A stretch of 43,617 bases of DNA. Source: an uncultured Gammaproteobacteria bacterium. Lineage in GTDB: Bacteria; Patescibacteriota; Patescibacteriia; SBBC01; CAIJZX01. Position 1 is the first letter of the stretch. Each line of letters starts with the position of its first letter. The translations under genes were made by a program, and so were the position numbers. Below, in pieces: positions 35,086-41,959 of the stretch. The stretch spans positions 135,836-179,452 of the forward strand of contig CAYNGY010000003.1 in NCBI GenBank assembly GCA_964397195.1. The letters run 5' to 3'. The notes under the pieces are model-generated. The model saw only the letters and a list, made by a program, of their open reading frames with translations. It had not been told where the DNA came from and searched no databases.

Positions 35086-35521
35086 ATCCACGAATCTCCC
35101 GTAGCCGTCGGACGTAGCGTGGCTTTGGGCTAAATTTGGTGCGGAGGAATGACCGAGTAATGGCCAGGGCACTGGTCGCGGTCACATGATCGGCACCAAG
35201 CGCGAGAATATTTGCATTATCATCGCTCCGAATTTTCTTTGCTACTCGCGGTGTCCAAGCCTGGGCGGCGCGAATCCCCGAGAATTTATTCGCGGCAATG
35301 GCAATACCGGCGCCGCTGCGACAGATGGCCAGTCCGACAGCGGTCGGCGATTTTTTCATGGCCACCACTAGTCGCTTGGCAACCCGCGGATAATCGTCCC
35401 CAGGGTGATGGGTGGGGGTTAGAAACGTACAATCCGCCGACTGGCTAAGTTTCGAGACAAGATATGACGCGAGCTTGTAACCTCCGTGATCGGCGGCGAT
35501 GAAAAGTCGGGGTGACGGCAT
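35063..35521 (-). CDS. rpiB: Ribose-5-phosphate isomerase B
   Basis: 'IAADHGGYKL', 'GLAICRSGAGIAIAANK..GIRAA' and 'DDNANILALGA'. Confidence 0.9.
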   Translation of the reverse strand: MPSPRLFIAADHGGYKLASYLVSKLSQSADCTFLTPTHHPGDDYPRVAKRLVVAMKKSPTAVGLAICRSGAGIAIAANKFSGIRAAQAWTPRVAKKIRSDDNANILALGADHVTATSALAITRSFLRTKFSPKPRYVRRLREIRGYEQGRTH

Positions 35522-35522
35522 A

Positions 35523-35975
35523 CTATTGCGCTACCGACTGAATGTGGAGCGTCCCCTGCCAAAGGTAGTCGTTTGGTGCGTCTTCATCATGATAGGTGAA
35601 CGTCCCGACGTCGGTACACACATATCGGTAGGTACCGCCGGGAGCAATCGTGGCTCCAAAATTGGCTAAGCTCGAGTGACTCGGGTGTGGGTCGGCGTCG
35701 ATGGTATGTGTTTTTGTATCGCTATTCCGAAATTCAATCACATCTCCGGGATTGACGTCGACAGTCGGCCGGTCAAGACCGCTACTGGTGACTGTAATCG
35801 TTACATCGGCCGGATCAGTGGTTGGTGTGGTTGAGAATGAACCAGTGGTGTGACTCGCCGTATTGCTGTTGCCAGCGGTGTTTGTTGCTGGAGTGATGTT
35901 CGTGGTCACGGATTGACAGCTGGCACCGAAAAAGACGAGACCGGCGGCCACGATGGTGATTGGTACGTAACGCAT
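35523..35975 (-). CDS. Cupredoxin-like lipoprotein or secreted protein with an atypical metal site
   Basis: Signal plus Cys ('VAAGLVFFGASCQS') and a Thr/Asn-rich linker. The beta-sandwich-like 'VTITVTSSG...VDVNPGDVIEFRNSDTKTHTID...GTYRYVCTDVGTFTYHDE' resembles cupredoxin but lacks the C-x2-H-x4-M spacing. I used ATG 35975. Confidence 0.45.
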   Translation of the reverse strand: MRYVPITIVAAGLVFFGASCQSVTTNITPATNTAGNSNTASHTTGSFSTTPTTDPADVTITVTSSGLDRPTVDVNPGDVIEFRNSDTKTHTIDADPHPSHSSLANFGATIAPGGTYRYVCTDVGTFTYHDEDAPNDYLWQGTLHIQSVAQ

Positions 35976-35980
35976 GGAAA

Positions 35981-36310
35981 TTACCTTATGGGTAAGAGTT
36001 TTTTTATTGGTCCGGCGATACGGCTCGTATCCCAGGGCGGTGTAAACGTGAATGTGACGGTCGTTTTGACGTTCGGCCATCGGTTTTGACAGCGATCGGC
36101 AATGTCTTGTTGGAAAAACGGCGCGAGTGGGCAGGTTGGTGTCGTCAGTGTCATGACCACGCCGATTTTGTTTTTATCCACGGTGATGTCGTAGATAAGT
36201 CCTAGAGAAACGATATCAATGTTCAGCTCAGGATCGATGCAGGTTGCCAGCACCTCACGAACCGCCTCGCTCGTGAGCGCCGATTTATTGGGTGCGGTCG
36301 GCTGGCTCAT
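35981..36310 (-). CDS. DUF59 (SufT/PaaD-like) iron-sulfur cluster assembly protein
   Basis: 'VREVLATCIDPELNIDIVSLGLIYDI' and 'LTTPTCPLAPF' are classic DUF59 motifs. ATG 36310 was chosen because the track's extension to 36529 lies inside trxB. Confidence 0.75.
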   Translation of the reverse strand: MSQPTAPNKSALTSEAVREVLATCIDPELNIDIVSLGLIYDITVDKNKIGVVMTLTTPTCPLAPFFQQDIADRCQNRWPNVKTTVTFTFTPPWDTSRIAGPIKKLLPIR

Positions 36311-37220
36311 GACCAAGGAAACGCTCAGCTTCAAGCGCAGCCATACAGCCAGCGCCGGCAGCGGTAATGGCCTGGCGATAGCGCCAGTCAGATACATCGC
36401 CAGCCACGAACACGCCCGGAAGCGAGGTTTTGACCTGATCAACGACCGTGAGGTAGCCCTTTTGATCAACCGCCAGTTGCGGAGCAAATGCGCTAGTGTT
36501 GGGCTGGTGCCCAATGGCCAAAAAGACACCTTGGCACTCCAAGGTCCACGGTTTCTTATCTGCGCCGGTTCGAACTTTCAATCCTTCAACCCGCTCGGCT
36601 CCGAGGACATCCTCGATTTCAGTTTGCCAATGGAATTCGATATGCGGGTGCGCCTTGGCGCGATCCGCCATGATTTTCGAGGCTCGAAGTTCTGCCGAGC
36701 GCACTAAAACGTGTACGTGGGTGGCAAATTTCGTCAGATAAAGTGCCTCTTCCATGGCCGCATCTCCCCCGCCGATTACCGCTACAACTTTTTGTCGGAA
36801 GAAAAAGCCATCGCAGGTTGCGCACGCCGATACGCCTTTACCACGTAGTCGCTGTTCATTTGCCAATCCGAGCCATTTCGCTGAGGCCCCGGTGGCAATA
36901 ATCACCGAGTCGGCCGTATAGGATCCCCGTTCGGTTGAAACGGCGTACGGTTTTTTTGAAAAATCGACTGCGGTTACCGCTTCCGGTTTTAACACCGTGC
37001 CGAAGCGGATGGCCTGGGCCCGCATAGCTTGCATAAGCTCTGGACCAATAATTCCCTGCGGAAAACCCGGAAAATTCTCGACTTCAGTTGTCCACATTAG
37101 CTGACCGCCTGGCTCCTGGCCCTCGAGGACGAGCGGCGCCATGTCAGCTCGAGCCGCATAAATAGCGGCGGTTAGGCCAGCGGGTCCGGATCCGATGATG
37201 AGAACTTTCGTGTCTGCCAT
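36285..37220 (-). CDS. trxB: Thioredoxin-disulfide reductase
   Basis: 'IIGSGPAGLTAAIYA' (FAD), the redox-active 'SACATCDG', 'VIGGGDAAMEEA' (NADPH) and 'GVFVAGDV'. Confidence 0.95.
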   Translation of the reverse strand: MADTKVLIIGSGPAGLTAAIYAARADMAPLVLEGQEPGGQLMWTTEVENFPGFPQGIIGPELMQAMRAQAIRFGTVLKPEAVTAVDFSKKPYAVSTERGSYTADSVIIATGASAKWLGLANEQRLRGKGVSACATCDGFFFRQKVVAVIGGGDAAMEEALYLTKFATHVHVLVRSAELRASKIMADRAKAHPHIEFHWQTEIEDVLGAERVEGLKVRTGADKKPWTLECQGVFLAIGHQPNTSAFAPQLAVDQKGYLTVVDQVKTSLPGVFVAGDVSDWRYRQAITAAGAGCMAALEAERFLGHEPADRTQ

Positions 37221-37228
37221 AGGTCGTG

Positions 37229-37237
37229 ATTATAGCA
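37229..37237 (-). promoter_or_regulatory. Extended -10 promoter for the trxB operon
   Basis: On the minus strand: TGcTATAAT (37237-37229), then 8 nt to ATG 37220. It sits in an AT-rich 162-nt divergent intergenic region. Confidence 0.5.
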
Positions 37238-37337
37238 TACTTTAGCGTAAATTTCGGCTCACGACATTTTTGCATTTGACATTTTTCAATCCGTGTATTT
37301 CCGCCTGACCCGTAAACTCGCGGTTTTCCTTGATGTT

Positions 37338-37346
37338 TGCTATACT
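37338..37346 (+). promoter_or_regulatory. Extended -10 promoter for hup
   Basis: TGcTATACT (37338-37346), 36 nt upstream of ATG 37383. Confidence 0.4.
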
Positions 37347-37382
37347 TTTCACGTTTATTAACCCTAATCGCATAGCACGACT

Positions 37383-37676
37383 ATGGCCGACAAACCCTTG
37401 ACCAAGTCCGCCCTTCTCAGCCTGTTGGCAGAAAAGAGTGGTCTGAGCCGCAAAGATGTTACCAATCTGTGGGACATCGTAGTTGATACCGCCTATAAGC
37501 AGGCGAAGTCAGCTGGTGAAGTTACACTCCCAGGACTTGGGAAACTGCTGAAGAAGCAGCGCGCAGCTCGCCAGGGCCGCAATCCAGCTACCGGCGAAAC
37601 GATTCAGATTCCGGCCAAGACGGTCGTGAAATTCCGTGTCGCAAAAGCCGCAAAGGATTCGATCCTCGGTAAGTAA
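37383..37676 (+). CDS. hup: HU-family nucleoid-associated DNA-binding protein
   Basis: 'LTKSALLSLLAEKSGLSRKDV' and the arm motif 'RQGRNPATGETIQIPAKTVVKFR'. It is monocistronic between an AT-rich promoter region and a strong hairpin. Confidence 0.9.
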   Translation: MADKPLTKSALLSLLAEKSGLSRKDVTNLWDIVVDTAYKQAKSAGEVTLPGLGKLLKKQRAARQGRNPATGETIQIPAKTVVKFRVAKAAKDSILGK

Positions 37677-37686
37677 TTGCCTACGT

Positions 37687-37718
37687 AAATATCCTCCGCG
37701 GAAGCGGAGGATATTTTT
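37687..37718. terminator. Bidirectional intrinsic terminator shared by hup (+) and the beta-CASP RNase gene (-)
   Basis: A perfect 13-bp stem (37687-37699 pairs with 37704-37716) closed by a GGAA tetraloop. It is flanked by A-run and T-run sequence on both sides. It lies 10 nt after the hup stop and abuts the RNase stop codon at 37717-37719. Confidence 0.7.
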
Positions 37719-39132
37719 ATTCCAACGGAATGCTATCTCCCGGGCCTGGGATGATCACCTCTAGCCCTGGGTAGCGCTGTCGGAGAACGTCCGCGAAGCC
37801 AGTTGATCGGTCAGGTTCGGCATGCACAAGTACCACTCGTTTAAGGCCTGGGATTGGCCGTGGAAAGGCCGCTAGTTCCTCAGCGTCTGCGTGGGCGCTC
37901 AGGTCATTGAGTATTTTAATCTTGGCGCGGACCGGTATTTCTTGTCCGAAGACCCGCAAATACTCCGCACCTTCGATGAGGCGTCGACCTGGGGTATGAA
38001 TGGCTTGGTAGCCGGTGAAGAGCACGATCGTGTTGGGATCAGGCAAACGCTGTTTTAGGTGATGCATCACCCGTCCACCGCTGGCCATGCCGGAGGCGCT
38101 GATGATAATCATCGGCCCACCTAGACTGTTTAGTGATTTTGACTCATCAACCGTGTGGGTGAAGCGCATCGCGTGGAACCGCAGCGGCATGTCCCCGCGA
38201 CGTGGAAAATCAATCTTTGTTTGCGCGTCATATTCGCTCTGGTGATTGATAAAGACCGTATTTATTCGTTCGGCCAGGGGTGAATCAACGATAATTGGCA
38301 GGGCCGGGATTTTGTGATCATCGATCAAGCGATGCAAGATATACAACAACTCCTGTGTCCGACCGAGTGAAAAGGCTGGGACGACAATGACGCTCTGTCG
38401 TTCGATTGCTTCGGCGACGATGCCGACCAGTTGGCCGTAGACTTCATCAACGGCATGGTGTCGCCTCGTTCCATACGTCGCTTCCATCACTAATGTTTCC
38501 GCTGGCTGAGTGACCGGATCGGGGTCGTTCAAAAGCGGGGCGTTATTTCGGCCTAGGTCACCGGTAAAGACGAGGCCACGACGATGCCCGGCCTCTTCCC
38601 AACTCAGGTGAATTGTTGACGAGCCCAAAATATGGCCGGCGTCATACAGATGAATAGCCAAGCCGCCGGGGAGCTCTATCCCTTTTCCACCGTGACTGTT
38701 GTATTCAACCGTATCAAATCGGGCCATCACGGCCGGGATGTCCTCTGGTGTGTACAGCGGTTGATGAAGTTCAGCGTCAGGAAGATGATGTTTCTTGGCG
38801 AACTCGGCGTCTTGGACCTGAATCTTCGCCGAGTCGAGTAAAATAAGTTCCGCCAAGTCACGCGTGGCACGGGTACTAATGATGCGTCCGCGAAATCCAC
38901 CCCTCAGCAGTAATGGCAATCGTCCAATATGGTCGAGGTGCGCATGTGAGACCACCACCACGTCAATATCTCGAGGGTTAAACAAAAAACGGCGGTTCTT
39001 TTCATCACTCTCGCGACGATGCCCCTGAAACAGTCCGCAGTCCAGCAATACCCGCCCTGACGGCGTCGTTAAAAAATGTCCGGACCCCGTAACTTCGCGG
39101 GCGGCGCCGGTACAGAGTAAGTTGCTACTCAT
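37717..39132 (-). CDS. Beta-CASP metallo-beta-lactamase-fold ribonuclease (CPSF-like, TTHA0252 family)
   Basis: 'GAAREVTGSGHFL....GRVLLDCGLFQG', 'VVVSHAHLDHIGRLP', 'DAGHILGS' and 'SGMASGGRVMHHL', ending in 'LSAHAD...VVLVHAE'. Confidence 0.85.
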   Translation of the reverse strand: MSSNLLCTGAAREVTGSGHFLTTPSGRVLLDCGLFQGHRRESDEKNRRFLFNPRDIDVVVVSHAHLDHIGRLPLLLRGGFRGRIISTRATRDLAELILLDSAKIQVQDAEFAKKHHLPDAELHQPLYTPEDIPAVMARFDTVEYNSHGGKGIELPGGLAIHLYDAGHILGSSTIHLSWEEAGHRRGLVFTGDLGRNNAPLLNDPDPVTQPAETLVMEATYGTRRHHAVDEVYGQLVGIVAEAIERQSVIVVPAFSLGRTQELLYILHRLIDDHKIPALPIIVDSPLAERINTVFINHQSEYDAQTKIDFPRRGDMPLRFHAMRFTHTVDESKSLNSLGGPMIIISASGMASGGRVMHHLKQRLPDPNTIVLFTGYQAIHTPGRRLIEGAEYLRVFGQEIPVRAKIKILNDLSAHADAEELAAFPRPIPGLKRVVLVHAEPDRSTGFADVLRQRYPGLEVIIPGPGDSIPLE

Positions 39133-40795
39133 GCGCGTGGTGGGCTAAATAGGTAAGATCGTTCGTGCGCCACCGTTGCAGGAGTGCGCGGTCGTGACGA
39201 TGAAGTAATTGGCCGATGCTGAGTCCAGACATGAGATGCGGCAGAAGGACGAAATCTGCGCCCAGTCGGTAATAACGGGCCGCTTCACGCTCCGTTTCGG
39301 CGCGAACGATCATGAGTGGGTGTGGGCGTTTGATACCACGCAGTGCAGTGAGAAGACCGACGGTATCATCATCGTCAGGGCTGGTGCAGACAATCGTCTT
39401 TGGGTGATGAGCAAAGAGGGCATCAATCATTTCTTCGTCGCTGACGTCACCATACGTTACATCAATGTGCTCACGTTGTAACCGAGCAATGACGTCGGGG
39501 TCATAATCAATGACCAAAACGGACTTTTTATCAACGGAACGGAGGATGTTTTGACCGAGGCGGTGGGCGCCGATGAGCACGAGTTCGTATTTTTTTGCTC
39601 GTTTCTTGGTGGTCTGTGGCTTCCCGCGAGCCCCGAAAACAGGTCGGATGAAGGTATAGACCGCATCGGCATGCGCCATGCCAAATGAGGAGATGGCGAT
39701 CGATAGGATTGCGGCAATGGTCACATAGGAGACGATTGCGTCCGGAATGTGCCCAAGGCGGACGCCAATGGTCGCGACCACAAGGGAAAACTCGGAAAGT
39801 TGCGATACATGGAGACCGGCGAGAACCGAAGTTCGTGGATGATAGCCCCGAAGGTAAAGCAACCAGGTGATGATTGCCGGGTTGACGATGGTGACTAACA
39901 CCGTCATCCCAATCACCATCCCCCATTGACCGCTAAATGATTGACCGCTAAGCGAGGTGCCGAGACTTATAAATAATAGGATCAGGAAGAAATCGCGTAA
40001 CGGCCGGAGGTTATGGGCAATGTGGAGTTGATCACTGGCGTTGGCAAGAGCTAAGCCCGCCAAAAACCCGCCGATTTCGATCGATAGACCGATCTGGTGA
40101 CAAACAGCGGCGACAACAAACATCCAGGCCATGGCCAATAGAAACAGTAGCTCGTGCGAGAGACTGAGACGATGCAGCAGCTTGGGAATGAACGAGCGGC
40201 CAAGCCAAAGCATAGCGGAGAACAGCACCGCGGCCTTCAAAATAGTTAGAAGCATTGGCCATCCATCAAATCCCCCGCCGCCCTTCAATCCGGCTAGGGC
40301 TACCAGCACGATCATCGCGATAAAGTCCTGGACGAGCATAATGCCGACCACGATTTTTCCATGGAGGGAATTCAGATCGTGCCGCTCGGTCAGTGTCTTG
40401 ACCACGACGACGGTGCTGGCAAAGCCGACCATGATGCTCACATAGAGCACGGTCAGTGGATCCCAGCCGACGAGTAACCCAAAGAGGGCCCCAAGGACCC
40501 CGGTGATGACAATTTGAACTGCGCCGACTACCATGGCCGTCGCGCCGACCATTCGCAGAGACGCATAGTTTATTTCAAGGCCAATCAAAAAAAGCAGCAT
40601 CATGATTCCCATGTCGCTGAACAGTCCCAGCATCCCGCTCGACATGCCAGAAACCGCCCCACTAGCTGATAGGAGGGCGCCCGCGACCAGGTAAGCTAGG
40701 ATCATTGGTAAGCGGAGCATTTTTGCGATCCCGCCCACTACCGCGGCAATACTGAGGACAATTGCGAGTTGTTGGATTTGGTTTTCCACGATCAT
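39125..40795 (-). CDS. CPA2-family (Kef-type) cation:proton antiporter with C-terminal RCK/TrkA-N domain
   Basis: About 380 aa of TM helices with Na+/H+ exchanger-like segments, then 'YELVLIGAHRLGQNILRSV' (a Rossmann-like RCK N-terminus). It overlaps the downstream RNase gene by 8 nt. Confidence 0.8.
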   Translation of the reverse strand: MIVENQIQQLAIVLSIAAVVGGIAKMLRLPMILAYLVAGALLSASGAVSGMSSGMLGLFSDMGIMMLLFLIGLEINYASLRMVGATAMVVGAVQIVITGVLGALFGLLVGWDPLTVLYVSIMVGFASTVVVVKTLTERHDLNSLHGKIVVGIMLVQDFIAMIVLVALAGLKGGGGFDGWPMLLTILKAAVLFSAMLWLGRSFIPKLLHRLSLSHELLFLLAMAWMFVVAAVCHQIGLSIEIGGFLAGLALANASDQLHIAHNLRPLRDFFLILLFISLGTSLSGQSFSGQWGMVIGMTVLVTIVNPAIITWLLYLRGYHPRTSVLAGLHVSQLSEFSLVVATIGVRLGHIPDAIVSYVTIAAILSIAISSFGMAHADAVYTFIRPVFGARGKPQTTKKRAKKYELVLIGAHRLGQNILRSVDKKSVLVIDYDPDVIARLQREHIDVTYGDVSDEEMIDALFAHHPKTIVCTSPDDDDTVGLLTALRGIKRPHPLMIVRAETEREAARYYRLGADFVLLPHLMSGLSIGQLLHRHDRALLQRWRTNDLTYLAHHAHE

Positions 40796-40818
40796 AGTAT
40801 ACCACGGCTGGTAACAGA

Positions 40819-40842
40819 AAACACCCCGTTTCCGGGGTGTTT
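40819..40842 (-). terminator. Intrinsic terminator after the orphan secreted-protein gene
   Basis: A 10-bp stem (40819-40828 pairs with 40833-40842) with a 4-nt loop, followed on the minus strand by TTTTCTGTT. It lies 12 nt past the TAA stop at 40855-40857. Confidence 0.55.
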
Positions 40843-40854
40843 CACTGTTTTTAG

Positions 40855-41814
40855 TTACGGCGTTACCGGCGTCGATGCGACCCAGAGGCTTTTGCCTTTA
40901 TTCAGTGCGGTCAGCTGAACCAAGAGGTTCCGCATACTCGGCTGACGATGGGTGACATTCGTGCAAGTGAACGTTGTAAAATAGGTATGGAGTTGTTCGA
41001 TGGACTGTCCATCAAACGATGATTTACCGACCGTCGAGAAGTAGGTCGACTGGAAGGCGGTACCATCTGAGCTCGGGTTCATCACGTAGTTATTGTGTAA
41101 GGTGATGGCCTGATCCCAGAGCGAGTTACAGAACCCGCTCGCCTCTCCCCGCCCGCTCTTCAAACTGTGGTCGAGCCAGAGATCGTTTTCGGCATTGTCG
41201 TCGATTCGCCAGAAGCGCGAGTCGTTGACTTGGCCGATCCACGGCTGGTCGTTCGTACTGTTTAATACCATCACGCCGTCGAGGGCAAAGCCCATCGAGT
41301 CGGCGGCAAAGGCGCGTCGATTTGAGCGGTCCGTAATCTGGACACACTTGGCGTACCGATACAATCCAAGGTCAAATGAAGCGTCTTGGCTGATTGTTCC
41401 GACAATTCGGAACTTCCAGCAGTTTTCGCTGACCGCGACGGTCGCGCTTGGCTTGGCCGCGCGCTTATTCGGGTTCCGCAAGGCGATCACGCGGAAATCT
41501 TTGCCGGGCTTGTTAACAATGGTGCTATCGAATTTGAGGGTCACTTGACCCTTATATCCGAGATGGACCATCGAGGTTGCCGGGACGACCGCCACTGGGT
41601 CTAATCCTTCGGCCACACCGAGCGCTTGCCACGGGTCACTAAATTCGGCCGGGACAGCGCTGCCATCAGCGCGGGTGCCTTGACTAAAGGCGAAAACGCC
41701 ATCAGCCCATGCATCCATCCCGTCTGGAAAGTTGGCTTTGGTTGGCACGGCCGTCAGACCGTAGGTCATGAAAGCCACTGCCAGAACCGCCACCAATGAT
41801 GCGATTTTCTTCAT
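40855..41814 (-). CDS. Secreted protein of unknown function
   Basis: There is a clear signal peptide ('MKKIASLVAVLAVAFMTYGLTAVPTKA'), and the gene has its own promoter-like motifs and hairpin terminator. I recognise no family motif. The coding call rests on ORF length, the signal peptide and the flanking signals. Confidence 0.5.
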   Translation of the reverse strand: MKKIASLVAVLAVAFMTYGLTAVPTKANFPDGMDAWADGVFAFSQGTRADGSAVPAEFSDPWQALGVAEGLDPVAVVPATSMVHLGYKGQVTLKFDSTIVNKPGKDFRVIALRNPNKRAAKPSATVAVSENCWKFRIVGTISQDASFDLGLYRYAKCVQITDRSNRRAFAADSMGFALDGVMVLNSTNDQPWIGQVNDSRFWRIDDNAENDLWLDHSLKSGRGEASGFCNSLWDQAITLHNNYVMNPSSDGTAFQSTYFSTVGKSSFDGQSIEQLHTYFTTFTCTNVTHRQPSMRNLLVQLTALNKGKSLWVASTPVTP

Positions 41815-41863
41815 AGTTTGGTGAGGTAATGAATGAAGTGCCCGCCAAGATGGCGAACGCGAT

Positions 41864-41892
41864 AGTTAACACCAAAGCGGCCAACTTGTCAA
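41864..41892 (-). promoter_or_regulatory. Putative promoter for the orphan secreted-protein gene
   Basis: On the minus strand: consensus TTGACA (41892-41887), a 17-nt spacer, then TTAACT (41869-41864). The predicted 5' UTR is about 45 nt. Confidence 0.35.
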
Positions 41893-41959
41893 TACCTAAC
41901 GAGGGGAAAACTAAACTATTTGGCTAAGGTTAGCCTAATGCTTCGGCTGGCCTTCTTGG

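Noticed and set aside
31089-35521. Expected to find form II/III or form III RuBisCO and R15P isomerase beside the AMP phosphorylase.
   Set aside because: Neither is present in this window. The neighbours are PfkB, Fba, Rpe-like and RpiB, so I make no claim of a complete AMP/RuBisCO pathway.
36171-36180. A DnaA-box-like sequence (ttatccacg).
   Set aside because: It is a single imperfect copy inside the DUF59 coding sequence, with no cluster and no AT-rich unwinding element.
36311-36529. The track's N-terminal extension of the DUF59 ORF. Similar extensions occur at 34428-34520 (fba), 35086-35172 (rpe-like), 35976-36080 (cupredoxin-like), 5337-5411 (GT4), 1584-1625 (GT2) and 24134-24154.
   Set aside because: Each extension runs into the preceding conserved gene or upstream of the predicted promoter. 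Internal ATGs give compact junctions and start where homology begins.
36219-36707. A 162-aa plus-strand ORF.
   Set aside because: It is antisense to trxB and DUF59, both of which are strongly supported.
40796-40804. The extended -10-like motif TGgTATACT directly abutting the Kef-type antiporter ATG.
   Set aside because: A promoter here would start transcription inside the annotated ORF. That would require a leaderless GTG at codon 3, which is implausible. Read-through from the upstream gene or a chance motif is equally likely, so I did not call it as a feature.
40855-41814. The orphan secreted protein as a diversity-generating retroelement target.
   Set aside because: There is no reverse transcriptase gene and no template/variable repeat pair in the window, and no C-type-lectin-like C-terminal signature that I recognised.
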